The notes beneath the pieces are model-generated. The model ran no database searches. It was not told the DNA's origin and saw only the letters and a list, made by a program, of their open reading frames with translations. The position numbers were made by a program, and so were the translations under genes. From Phoronis australis (taxonomy: Eukaryota > Animalia > Phoronida): a stretch of DNA of 64,000 nucleotides. Numbering within the stretch: the first letter of the stretch is position 1; every line of letters begins with the position of its first letter. Positions 39,398 to 52,554 of this stretch are shown here, piece after piece. The DNA lies in the NCBI GenBank assembly GCA_002633005.1, contig NMRA01000157.1, forward strand, positions 734,607 to 798,606. Direction: 5' to 3'.

Positions 39398-42124
39398 CAT
39401 ATTTATGTGTGGCTTTTGCCAACTATGTCAACCATTCCAGTTTTGGTCATGTTAAATTTATTGAAAACTTGTTTTAAAGCCAATCTTGAATCATAGCACA
39501 TGCAAATTTAGTTCTTGCAATNTTCTTATATGACTCGGGAGAGTTAGACACAAATTGAGTTCAGTTTAAATGAGACGAGTCATATAAATCAATTAAGATA
39601 AATTCCTTAACAGATCACACAGAAGGGACTCTAATCACATTTGCTTATTCCAACTGATGTCGTTTTACTATCAGAAATTTGACATTTCTTTTGAATTTGG
39701 CCTGGATTTATAAAATCCAAGTTAAACTGGAGATTTGTTTTTAATATAGTAACAGCTTGTCAGAGTGTGTGAAAGCCCTGAATTGATTTCTGAGAAAAAA
39801 TGTGACCTCCACTGAAGTTCACTCATGTTTTGTATCCACATATGCTTGGCCTTTCTTAGCTTTTGGGACATTTCTGGTCATCATGTTTATAAAGGAGTGG
39901 TGTGTCAAAGGTAGCACTAGATGTCACTATTCTTCAAGGAAACTTTGGTCTGTTGAAACTCCATTGCCACCAAGAGGAGTACTTGTGTGCATTTTTGATG
40001 AGAGATGCAGTTGGAAAATTAGGTTACCCAGCCATTTAGAGAGTGGACGCGTGGGGGGAAGGGGACCCATTTGAAGGGAGCTACCACAAAAAACACCCTT
40101 TCTTAGAATTTTGTTTCTTGAATAGGGATTAATTCCCTTAACCTTACGGTGTAATTTCAGGTGTTCTTCAACTGCGGTCTTTTTAATACTTTAAGCCTGA
40201 AATAGAGATGTCATGTTGTTAAACCAGTCCTTCCATAGATTTTGGTTGTTGGAAAAGCAACCTTTTTGTAGAATATTGTACTACAAAAGTCTGACATTTA
40301 GGCTTTCCCCTGACCAAAACTCTATAAAAAATTATATAAGTTGAAAAGCGACAATAGAAATGAAATACCGGGTAGTCCTGCATTATTAACAGTGCCAGCT
40401 GGCACTGTGAAGGCCTGCAAGGCCTCTGTTGTTGTAGTTCATTGACATGGCTTTACATAATTCTGTTAGGTAAGCTGAATCTATTGCCAAATGATGTAGT
40501 CCTTAATCTTTTTTGTTTTGTCTTCTTCCAATATATCACAGCTTTGCTCGTCAATTACTTCATTCCCATTCACCCCAGTGGAACCCTTTTGTTTAATGAC
40601 AAATAGCTTTTTAACTCGGTCATCACCATGAATTTTTTTCTACAGTATTATAAAGTTTGGCTTACATTAGGGTGAGGGGGTTGAGCTGGTTCACTTAAGT
40701 ATGTGTATGATCCTAGAAAAATGTCCAAATTTGGCGTAATTTGAAATACCACATATCGAAATGGTAGATCAGATTCATGTGAAGCTTTCAGGTACTATGC
40801 ATTATGCATTGTTTTCCAAAATGCTTTCAGGATTCTTTTTTAAATACCTTTTTGCAGAAAGGACTATTGAAAATATGACTTTTATTCTTTAATGGTAAAA
40901 ATTCAAAAGTTGCATAAAACAAAATGAAATGCGTGTAATTTTGAAAGCTGTAACAGTGTTTTTGAGAAGAAACTTTACCATGATATTCTTATTGTAGATT
41001 TGCTTTGAGTGTACCTTTCTTTTTGCTAAATTCTACTAGACTTGGTCACATGATCAAATTCCTGGCAGATAAGTTTCTTTCAATATTCTGCAGGCTTTTT
41101 ACTCTCAGAAATTATACTTTCATGGAGTTAAAATCTATAGTTTTCTAGATATATGGCTAAACACACAACAGAGTTATTGATAACCTCAGTGGGCGATAGC
41201 ACAATACGTCAACTTCTTATAAAACTTTTATTCTTGTTGAACTGACAGTTATCTACAAACTAATAAAGCTTGTCGGATAATAGAACCAAACAATATTCCC
41301 AAAACGTTAATATGGCAAACCCACATTCGACGAAACCACCATAAAGCAGTGGTTATAGATTAACAACGAAATACTAGGTATACAATCCAGCAGACGTACA
41401 TGATTAGGATAAATGTAGAGCCTTAACTAAGTTACTGGAATTTCTTCATGACCCAGACTAAGCCCTCTAAACTGCATCTTTACACGGTGAGAATCAGTTT
41501 TCGAATGCCCACTACAAATGAATGGTCTAGCTAAAAACCATCAAATGGTAATTCTGATTGGTTAGACCACAATGAAAACATACTCAGTCAATAAACAATT
41601 ACCTACAATTGGGGGTAAACCAATATTACGATGCTATTTCGGAAACGCCCCAAGACGAACATACAACGCTCCTGATGGACATAAAGTATTGTAAAGAAAA
41701 GACTAATGCTCCTGCATTAATAACAGCCTTAAGGTATTGGCTACGTGTCTTACCATGGATCAATTTTTAATATCTTTTTACCATAGTAGACACATGAAAC
41801 TGTATATTTTTAAAACTCTTGATCATGGAATCTTATGTGCACGAAAGTACTGCCCTCATCTTTGTAACTTTATTTGTTTTGACAGCAGAATTCTTAGGTT
41901 ACAAGGCCTTTTAACAAAATCCCGTGGGTTTCTTGCAATCAAAATAAAAACTAAAGTTTTGTTTAAAAAAATTTTGTTTCTGGAAAATTTTGGCGATCTC
42001 CTTGTCCCGTATTAAACAGAAATGCAATTGGTAACTCATACTTTTATTTCCTTTGACTGGAATACTTTGTCATTATCCTTCATCTTGGTAACCTTGACAT
42101 TGATCCTTTTGCACCTGTTTTCAG

Positions 42125-42241
42125 ATCCTCCAGAATGACCGAGCCTTGAACCACAGAGAGGAGGATGAGGATGAAGATTGTGTCAAAATCGATGGTAACC
42201 ATGTCAACAAGAACGGTGACAGCAAGAGTGGTTGTTGTTAG
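42125..42241 (+). CDS. RAB32: Rab32 terminal exon, copy B (identical coding sequence; followed by a long 3' region with tandem AATAAA near 44737-44747)
   Basis: Duplicate of 39281-39397 inside the 39523-42365 duplicated block. Confidence 0.85.
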   Translation: MLQNDRALNHREEDEDEDCVKIDGNHVNKNGDSKSGCC

Positions 42242-45200
42242 CATATTTATGTGTGGCTTTTGCCAACTATGTCAACCATTCCAGTTTTGGTCATGTTAAA
42301 TTTATTGAAAACTTGTTTTAAAGCCAATCTTGAATCATAGCACATGCAAATTTAGTTCTTGCAATGTTTTAAAGCACATTCTGTTCACACTGTAGTCATA
42401 AATTGCCAAATGTAATGAACAGGAACAGGCTTTTTGTTGTTCTTATGTCTGTGTCACTGAGAATCCTGAGTTAATCTATCAGTTACAAACGACACCTGCA
42501 CACACTGGTGTTCTATTCTGTATACTCTGGTACCAGTGGCAGATACATATGTACTTCGGCAAGTGCTCAAAACATGTCAGCTGTTGTCTGTTTGCTATTT
42601 TGTTGCAGTGACGTACTGATGGAAAAACGCTACTTCTTGTACCATTTGATTTGCCTGTTTTCTTGTGTTGCTAAAGCATTGCTAGGACTATACTTCTTGA
42701 CTTCTTGAACAACAATAGTCCGTTCAAGAAAGTCTTTAGCATGTGCATTGAAATGGATGAAACAGAATTGGCTACTGTTGGATTGTTGGAAAACTTGTAT
42801 TAACCCTGTATCAACACGTGAGAATAACTGAGCTCATGTTCCATCATATTGTGTGTAGGCGTGGGGGCTCCCAAATGAGCTGGGGGGAGGGGGGGGGGAG
42901 CACAGGCACGCACAAATGGTGGCAATTGGAGAAGTGAATGAAGCTAAATGTGGCTGGGCAGGTAGGAGTTGCAGAGCATATTTGATGGTGATGGGGGGAG
43001 AACTGGTGTCTACTTGTGAGGGGCGTCCATATTTATTCTGCACCCCCCTTGAGAACTTTCATATACCCGTGAGATGTCAAAATGGCTTGAGAATCCTTGT
43101 ATGCAGAAATTTTAAAAACAAACTATTCAAAATTTAAATTTTTGAAGTAGAGTTTGAATTTTCATGGGTGAAGTGTGAGCTTTACTAACCCTACAAATCC
43201 TGACATTGTATCTAAAATATGCCAAAGTTTAAAGTTGATATGGGTTGCTGAAGTCCAGGCAAAAATCAGTGAAGTGTTTGTGACCTTTTGCTCCCCTGTC
43301 ATGGCATTCATTCATTGTTCATATTTTGATTAGTTTTACACTTTTAGTGCTTCGGAGGATTTAGAATTGTGCTGCAGGCAATGTTTTAAGGTTTTTAGGA
43401 GAAAATTGTTAACTTTTGATTGAGATTGAATTAATCTACGTCAAATATTTATTGTAGCGTTGTAGTGTGATAAAATCTAATTATTCTTGGAAGACCACAG
43501 AATCATCCTACAAGAAAAGTGGTGAATTACTAGGTATGGTAAAATCTCGCTAATTTATACATTGTGTTGGACAGGTGAAATTTTTCATAAAATACAAGTA
43601 GCGCTAAATTAATGCTTCACAGTTATTAAGTTTTACACAATAGCTACCCACAGTGTTCTGAGAAATGGTTACCTTATGCAACAATATTAAAAGCTGTTTG
43701 AAAATGAAAAAAAAATCAATTTTGGCAATTATTTTTGTACGAAATTGCAGAGATTTTACCACATGTTCTCACAGGTACTTGTCAAAGTATCAACCACCGA
43801 CACGAAAATACCTCCATATGCCAAGCCTGAATGTATTCCCTCCTGTGCCTTTGTGAACATTCACCAGTGCTCATTAGAATGACTGCTCAGTGGAATTTCA
43901 ATTACTTTTTTGAATTTATGTATTCCATGTATTCTCTGCATCTCTATAATAATGTAATGCTTGATGCAGTTTTCCTTTTAAGGCTATGTAGGACCCCGTA
44001 AAAATGTCTAAATTTGACTAACTTGGGAACATCATATCTCAGAAATGTCTGACTGGATTCATATGAAACTTTCAGGTACACTCGAACCTCAGTACAACAT
44101 AGAATTTAAAACATCAGTATAACGTACAAAGTCCCGATTTTACCAAATGAATTTTGGTTAAAATCTTTTTTGTTTATAATGTACTTCATCGATGTAACAC
44201 TAAAAATTTGCCATCCCTTGTGACCTTAGCTACGTTTACAACTTATCGCAGCCGACTTTGCGACCTCTTAGTCTGAAGAATGTGCACATCTAAATAAAAA
44301 ATGTATCTGCGTTTTTGAGTTATATCAGTGGAATATCGATGTTATTGATACCGTTGCTTTGTTATCAATGTACCTTATAGTATCTTTTTTTACTTAATTT
44401 TACTAAAGATACGTGGTTACGTTACCCAAATGCATGGCAGGTTGGTCAAGTAAAAAATTGAATTTCGCTGGCTTTCTACATTCAGAAAATGTACTTTTAC
44501 CGAGTTAAACACTAGTTTTGTTGATATTTGGCTGAATACATAGGTTTATCCTTCATAATATTAAGTAGGTTAGTCATATGAACATAAAGATATAAATATT
44601 CATTTAGTGAATACTGGGTGTAATTAAATGGTTATTTTGTGATATGCAATGTACAGCAGGATTATTCTGTTTGTAAAGATCAAGTCCTTTAAATTGTGCT
44701 TGTGTAGTGCATGTTAAAATTATTGGAACATTTTCAATAAAAATAAATTGAAGTTGTATTCAAATGCTTCTTGCTGGTAGGTTTGGGAGTTTTTACTCAC
44801 CAAACGCTTAAATTACTATATCGATATGGACGCTTCCAGTGCTTGAACACTCTTGCTTCATTTACTATAGTAGCTATAACACGAACTATGACATTAGCTG
44901 GCATGCTAGCAATCTCTCTATGAATGTTATCCTGAAGTTCAACTGCTGTTTACAGTTTTCATACGTAGACTCTTTGGCGTATTGAGGTCGTGCAAGCACG
45001 GTAAAATGAGGTGATTGAGGAAGGCGTGTTTTAACGTTTCAATCGGTCAATGAGTCGAGAGGTTGCACCATTTTGCCAACCTAGGATGAAGCCGAGATAA
45101 CTTTAGAATGAAGAAATTAACAAGCATGTCAAGCTATCTGAATATTAAAGATTTCAAGAATCACCTTATTTCATGTTTGGCAATTTAACAGCTGCCATGT

Positions 45201-46660
45201 GTAAGAGAGCAAAAGAGTGTTCATACCAGAGGTGTCCATTTGAAGAATGTTATTTTTTTCAAGTACGACTATGCTGCCAGCAAGAAGCGAGTTATTCTTG
45301 TGTAAAGCATGCCCTGTAATTTTGAAATATGCTGTATTTATTCTTATTGGAACAAACTGTAAATTGTGTGTACCTAGTTGCTTCCTAACAAATTTGCTCA
45401 AAGCCTTTTCACTAGTTGCCCTCATAACATACCTGTCAGGTTTGGTACAGTAATTTACTCATCTGGGTTAAAACCCAGGTTTGATTTAACAACCACCCCC
45501 TCATTTCCCATTTCGTGTTTATGCACCAGAGCTCCATTACACACCCTCGGGTAATTAATATAGAGTAGACATTAGCTTTTGTACTCAAAACATCATGCTT
45601 TCATGAATGCTCATTTCACAGCCCACAGTGCAATTTGATAGTTTTACCGTGGGTCCAGTACATTGTGTGCATTTTGATTGTTAAATTCTTCCATGTGTTT
45701 TTTAATCCAAATTTGGAGTTTGAGTTCATGTCCAACCCAACTTTTCAAAAAAAATTCTCCTTAAAAACTACTTTTTAAGATTTTCAGTTTTAACACCCTA
45801 GGCAAATCAACATAGAAGAACTAGTTTTGAGCTGTGAAGGAAATTGAGTTAGATCATGTTAAAAATACTGTACACCAAGTTCTCGTTAAGATGATCAATA
45901 CTCGAGTTTGTATGACATGGATGGATGCCTTTTTCAGTTCATTTCAGGTGGCATTGCACACAATACATATTGGTCTCAATTTGTCTTCCAGGGTTCTGTG
46001 AATTAAGCTGGATTCTATGCATGTTCAACTTTTGACAATCGCGGTTCACAGTTATGAGCGATTCATATTAAATTAGAAAAGTGCTTTCAGTTAATCATAC
46101 ATCATTTTCAATACATGTAAAGTATATAATCATTGGATATTGGTAATTTATGAGTAATATTTCTAATACTTATTTTCATGGCTACATTTTATGTAAATAT
46201 AGCGATATTGATTACTGATGTGGTTTTACTTGCTTTTCATTGCTAGCTCGCTTTTCCAGAAAACGAAGGAATTGTAATAAAAATCTTTTATGTACATAAA
46301 ATACTTTTTGCACCAGAGAAAAACATCCAATTAACACACTAAGATGTTATGAATATTCCAAATAATTTAGGAGTACAAAATAAACACAACGCATCTATTT
46401 ATGATGACTCCATTGTGTTAACCGGTCTAAACAGTTTCCAAGTTAACTGAAAACTGCCATAAAGGCATTGGTTGTACTCTCCGCTGATGTGCAGAGCAGA
46501 ATGTAATGTGTTGGTTGTACTATCCGCTGGTGTGCAGATAATGATATTTTGTCACTGAACCAGTACTGAAAATGAGTTCAGTCAGTGCACAGTCATCAAT
46601 ATTCCATCACCAGCGATGTGTCAATCCTGCAAATTTCTGGCTTCTCCGATACTCTAGTCA

Positions 46661-46807
46661 CTATTTCTGCCACTTTTCCCTTGCATGAAACTTTGTCATA
46701 GGTTTACCACTAATCCCACACGTTCCCACTCCCACTCGACCAGTTCCTGCATCAGGCGTGGCAAATATACTCTTCTTTGTCTTTCCTTTTCCATACTTTC
46801 CAAATGT
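46661..46807 (-). CDS. SMNDC1: SMNDC1 terminal exon (TFGKYGKGKTKKSIFATPDAGTGRVGVGTCGISGKPMTKFHAREKWQK*)
   Basis: Conserved SIFA.P...G.VGVGTCGI..KPMT C-terminal motif; TAG at 46661. Confidence 0.95.
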   Translation of the reverse strand, partial: TFGKYGKGKTKKSIFATPDAGTGRVGVGTCGISGKPMTKFHAREKWQK

Positions 46808-48438
46808 CTATCAACAAACAAAGAACATGTTAGGAAAATGCCACAACCATTGTCGCTTATAAAAGTACAAGTTTTATAAGCAATTATTCAATCTGCCCAT
46901 AGATTGCGAAGAAGGAGAAAATCACAATTCTAACATACTTGGGTATCCACATGATGCACAACTATTACAGCTGAACATGTCCTTAAAAACAATCTTGGAG
47001 GAATGTCAAAATCAATCAGAATTTTAATGTACAACCACAAGTTTACACCTCACCATAGCTTTACCTGTATGAATACAAATCTACACATATGCAAAATAAT
47101 ACACAGAATTTTGCAATTGGCTATAAACCTGTCATCCATCACAAAAAACTTCCGATTTGAATCATATACTCTTATTAAATTGTCTCCAATTGTTCATTGG
47201 TCAAATTGGACATGATTACAGGAACTGTCAATTCATTATTGCTAGATATCATGGTGTGTCATTTTAAACCGAGCATGATCTCGGTGACTAACGAACTGTC
47301 AGTTCTTTGCAAACCCAGAATTCACTTCTCAACTGAATAAGGAACAAGTCGAAACCGATTTAAAAGGAATAAATGGTCTAAACCAAAACCCAACTCCTCT
47401 GATATAATGCAGGTTTGCTCTAGTTGCTTTTTGAAGGCTGACTATTAATTTTCACCAGGTGCAGCTCAAACCATGCTACTATGAAATTCTATTATACTTA
47501 GTTTGAAAAATTCCCTAGCCCACCATATTTTGTTAAAAATAGATAGCAAATTACCACACGAACTACAGCACTCTCATCATTGTTAATTGTCTTTATGAGT
47601 GAAATTTGCCTTTTTGGACGCAACACATTTTAAATTACATTCTTTTATAAAAGAAGCAGAAAAAGCTTATTGAAAGTAACCTGGTATGAAATTACAGCAA
47701 AAATCATTTGAAAATTAATTTTTGAATATTGATTTTGCTGATTTGTGACAAGGAGGCTTTGATAACCTTTTTTGAAATCTGCTGTATCCCAGTTGTCAAT
47801 GGACAAGCAAACACGTGGCCATTATACACTTGTCTTAAGAAAAGGACGTAAAATGCAAGAATATTAAATTCTTTTTCCAACCACCAAGGATATGTCTGCA
47901 CAAACTACGTTTTGCTGAGAGAGTTGGAATGGGGAAATGAGTGGAGGAGAATAAAAGTAAAAAGTGGGAAAAGAGGAAAGACTTAGGGGAAGAGCATGCA
48001 TTATGAAAGACATATAGTAAAGAAGGTAATATGGAGGGTGAGGTAGTGAAGGAAGAGGCGACGAGGGCCACTTCCTGAAACAAAATGTTCTTCTTTCTAA
48101 TTCTCCACATTTACCCACAATAACCCACGACAATAGGGCACTCCTCCTATTGGTGCTGTACTAACCACTATCATACAACAATTCTAATTCTACCATTAAC
48201 ATGGCAATAAAATTTGACATTTGGAATGCAGACACCGTAAAATTGAAAATCTGCATCAGGCTTATTGAATCGTTCAAATGTGTTAACGGCACCACCTCTC
48301 AAAAGTGGATCAATCATACAAAGCGTTTTTTTACCTCTGCAAATGAGAAGAGTTGAATTCAGCAAGTGGGAATTTTTTTGAATGAGGGAGCATGTCAGGA
48401 GCAATAAATACAGAGAGGAAATAAAAGAGAAAGGTGAC

Positions 48439-48565
48439 CTTTGAACTAAATTCTTTCCAGTCATTCTTCTCCTTTTCCTTCTCTTCTTCAAGCTGTTTCA
48501 TGCGCTCTCTCTTCTTCAGGGCCTTTTTACGCTTATATTCACGCTCAGCGGCAAGTTTGTCTTTC
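48439..48565 (-). CDS. SMNDC1: SMNDC1 exon (KDKLAAEREYKRKKALKKRERMKQLEEEKEKEKNDWKEFSSK)
   Basis: Resembles human REYKKKKALKKAQRIKELE; weak donor GTCACC. Confidence 0.93.
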
Positions 48566-49507
48566 CTAAAACATACCAAGGCAAGCATACCTCTTTGTTT
48601 GAACTCTAAACCAATACAACAACTAGTCATGACAGAAGTAAGACAACCTACATAATGTGAAGTACAAAAAATAACAAAACCACCAAAGTATACAGATTAC
48701 AAGAGATGAATGTTTATCCTGATACACATCTTTCCTAAACATTGGGGTGGTGTTTAACTGGGTTCATAATGAATAAATAAATAACAACAGTTCTATTGAT
48801 TACAAACAAAACCTCTTGCTTGTAGAGCTTGTGAAAAGCACAACACCAGAAAACCAAGATATGAAACACTAACTTTGTGACAAAATGCCATCAATTTATA
48901 TTTTATTATTGAACTATGAAAAATGTCACAAAGTTGTTATAAAAATATCTTTTAACAAAACGAACTACAAAACCATACAAAAAGAAACTATATCTTTCCA
49001 ATAAGTTGAAGTCTCCTGGATATGCAAGACATGTGGCAATGAAGACGTCTTATAAAGGCGACCTCCACATGGCCTTACCTTCAGCGACATTGGATGTACG
49101 AGTGTCAGACGATACTGTGTCAAATCACAAGCAGTTCTGCAAAAACCAGCTAAAATCCATTACATCCGAATTCTTCCGTGAGGCACCTATGCCTATAGTA
49201 TGTGCGCATAATTTAAAACATGTCCATAAATATGGATCGTTTTAAGAGTTTTTACATAACACTTTTCATTAAATCAATATCTCTGAAGTCTTATAATTTT
49301 CATAAAACAATTTGCCTTTAAATGCTTTCTTAATGCTTTCTTCTGTCAAAAATGACTTAAAAGCAAAAAAGTTGGTCAAATCAACGAGACCAAATAATTA
49401 ACAGCATGCAATTTCTAAATAGAGATTTTGTAAACTGCCAAACCACAACCATTGTTTGCAACTTGTTCTATTTTATAAGAATTCTCACAAAAAGAACATA
49501 TACCTAC

Positions 49508-49666
49508 TTTGTAAACTTTTGACTAGATGACTGTCCTTCATTTGTCTTCTTATCATCAACTGGTCTCAATGCTGTCACCTGTGATACCTCAGTATCACCG
49601 TAACTAGAGAATGTTACAGTACATGACCCATCTTCTAATATTTCATCAACAGTTGCCTCATAATAC
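49508..49666 (-). CDS. SMNDC1: SMNDC1 exon (YYEATVDEILEDGSCTVTFSSYGDTEVSQVTALRPV...), Tudor C-half
   Basis: Aromatic-cage residues Y..F..YG; 159 nt, phase 2->2. Confidence 0.95.
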
Positions 49667-49799
49667 CTACAGAGAATGACAATGAGCTTATGTAACACCA
49701 ACTTCTACAAAGAGATAGCACTCAGGGGATCACAAATCTCTGGCTGTTCAATCTATTTAGTTGTAAAAGTGTCACACAGTGCAACAATGATACAACACA

Positions 49800-50320
49800 A
49801 TGTACAGACACACATCCCTCACCTTGCATTTAAAGTAGGATTGCGTAGTACTAACTCCCATACAAAAGCACTGCACTATATACTTACCCTCGTCTCCTAA
49901 CTGTGTCTGGCACATATCCCTCACCTTGCATTTACAGTAGGATTGCGTAGTACTAACTCCCATACAACAGCACTGCACTTTATACTTACCCTCGTCTAAT
50001 AACTGTGTCCAGCACATATCCCTCACCTTACACTTATGTGTGTGAATAAGCTAATATACCATTTACCTAGTACATAGTGCATGCTACACATCCCCCACCT
50101 CCCAGTTTCGTGTATTTACATAATAGTAACCTGTTTACATCCCCACTGCACCACATACTTACATGCCATCCCTACTCCACTGTGGATGACACACATCTCC
50201 CACCTCCCAGTTTCGTGTATTTATATAATAGTAAACTGTTTACATCCCCACTGCACCATATACTTACATGCCATCCCTACTCCACTGTGCCTGACACATA
50301 TCTCCCACCTTCCAGTTATG
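49800..50320 (-). repeat. ~102-105-bp tandem array derived from the SMNDC1 Tudor exon end plus donor site
   Basis: GTAAGT donors at 50267, 50162, 49989, 49887, each preceded by a KVGDMCQAQW-like sequence. Confidence 0.85.
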
Positions 50321-50413
50321 TGTGTTGGTGTACACCTGCTCAGACTGGGGCTCCGTTGTTTCCTCACCATCTGCTGGTTTGTTCATCAGCTCCAGAGTCA
50401 GATCCACCACTTC
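50268..50413 (-). CDS. SMNDC1: SMNDC1 exon (EVVDLTLELMNK...THNWKVGDMCQAQWSRDGM), Tudor N-half
   Basis: WKVGD.C.A.WS.DG Tudor motif, 146 nt, GTAAGT donor. Confidence 0.95.
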
Positions 50414-50796
50414 CTGTTAAGAGAAACATTCCCAAGATCAGTAACATTTCCTTCTTTATCACCACCCAAAAAGCTAAGTTCTCAGTCCCGGGAAACAGAG
50501 CTCGAATATTTGCATACCACAACATTCACACAGAGACCATTCAGGGTATCATGTGTCAACAAAGCACTGAATGTTTACAGAACTGGCCTATTTCATAACA
50601 ATTGTAGGTGACATTTCAATTCCTTAATGGACAACAATACAAACCAAACACTTTCAAGCAAGGCAATTTTCAGACCCACATTGTTTAGAGCTCATCAGCC
50701 AATTTCAGAATTTCCATGCTTAGGGAGTACTAATGGAGGGGCACATTTACTATTAATGAAATGATGCTGGTGGCTAATAATTATTTAAGCACTTAC

Positions 50797-50845
50797 TTGA
50801 CAGCCAATGACCAACTAATCTATTCTTAAACATCATGACAGGAAC
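50797..50845 (-). other. SMNDC1: Candidate 49-nt poison cassette exon of SMNDC1
   Basis: cacttttAG acceptor and GTAAGT donor; length not divisible by 3; inclusion gives TGA in the next exon. Confidence 0.55.
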
Positions 50846-51129
50846 CTAAAAGTGTGATCAAGTGATCAGTAAAATTGTGACTGTTTATACATTGTCAAGT
50901 TTAGCCTGACAAAGAGTGGGTAAATTTACTACTATAGACACACAACTGTGTTAGCTCATTACCCTTGGCAATCCATAGACATGGGCATAATCCATTTGAC
51001 TACACCGAGAATATCAAAAGAGTACTAAGTACTGAGTAGATTTATGCATTGATGTCAACTTGATCCTCAACTCCATACTGCAGATTGACTGCAATAGATG
51101 CGCATAGAGGTGAACAAAAACAACGGTAC

Positions 51130-51195
51130 CTGCAGATCTGTCTTGAGCTTATTGAGTTCTTCATTATCTGGATCTGTTGTGAGCGCAGCTTCCAC
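51130..51195 (-). CDS. SMNDC1: SMNDC1 exon (VEAALTTDPDNEELNKLKTDLQ)
   Basis: 66 nt, phase 0->0; resembles human VEAAL..ENEDLLKLKKDLQ. Confidence 0.94.
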
Positions 51196-51418
51196 CTGTA
51201 AACAATACATCCTTCAGTCCAAAGTCATTATACAGTATACAAGCTGATTAAGTTGCATTGAACTTGGGAAAGTCACTCTAAGATTCTGTGATCCTCTGAA
51301 TGACTTGACATGCATTTGAACTATTTTGAGTTGAAAAACAGTCACCCAATATCTTAGACATATCCTTAATGGAGATGGTCAAGACTATGTAGGACACACA
51401 AGCCAAGCATCTAATGCA

Positions 51419-51491
51419 TATGTGTGTGTGTGTGCGTGCGTGTGTGTGCTTGTGTGCGCGCGCGTGTATTGTGTTAGCATGTTGTGTGTGT
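51419..51491. repeat. Imperfect (TG)n microsatellite
   Basis: Direct reading. Confidence 0.85.
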
Positions 51492-52554
51492 CTTAACAAT
51501 GTAAAAGTATATATTTTCTCTAAGTATAAGGCCTGTAGAATATTACTTTTGACTTTATACCTGTCTGAAACATGTGACCGTGTATTTATAATTAATAATT
51601 TCCCTCGTGTACCATCCGCCATCTTCAAATACTAATTTTAGGTCGTCCGACACTGCCGCGAGGTGTCATATTTTAAAAATGACTGACACCTGAGATCGGC
51701 TTACAAGAAAATGAACACCTTGAAAAACATGGAATACAATAGGAATTGCCATGGCGAAACTATTCAGAAAATAGTAATATTCAGGATATGAATTTATAGC
51801 GTCGGATTGTAAACACTGACCCAACACAGTTTTGTACCAAGGCAATTACCCTGATAAAAAGTTAGTAAAACAGTGAATAACATCGAATGAAACACTCTGT
51901 GAGTTACAATCCACAGAAACCATAACACTGGAGACAATTTAGTCAACATAATTTGAACAAATCCATGAAACTCTGTCGAGGTTCCCTCGAGCTTCCCTTG
52001 CCAGCTGCCATTTTGACGAAGTCATGTGACATCACACCAATTCATAAACAAAAAGTCCCAGGGACACAACTCCTACAACCTCCTCAACATATCCTCCAGT
52101 GATACATATTTGCAAGTGCCACACGCTCCACTCAGTCTCTTGTTGCCTAACTCATGTGATGTGGTTGTTGCGCGTCATGAAAAAGTTAATGGAGACCAAA
52201 AAGTGGACTAGGAATTCTTCACCAAAGTCATCTTAATTCTGTTGACATGGTTCATTGAGATTTTGCAAGAACCAGAAAGGATGGCTGAGGAAAGTAAGTG
52301 TTTTTTAAGAGGCCTGGAACGCGAAAAACAGGCTAAACTGTATTATTCAATGTGGTTCTCTGCCACTGAAACAGAATTCAACCTGCTCAACAGGTCTTTT
52401 TACAGTTTGTTTGTAAAGATTATGCATTTCTGTTGATATCAAAGCATTTTTCGTTTAGTTTCAAATTTCAAAAAACGATATGTCGACTGCTCATCACTTC
52501 TTTGATTTTTCTCCTTCAAGGCAAAGCACAACAGAGGCTCATATGATTCACTGG

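Larger units (their letters stand above)
33121..42365. repeat. Tandem duplication 33121-39521 vs 39523-42365 joined at a single N; includes the Rab32 last exon
   Basis: Colinear copies; copy B lacks ~34216-36948 and 36999-37817. Confidence 0.9.
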
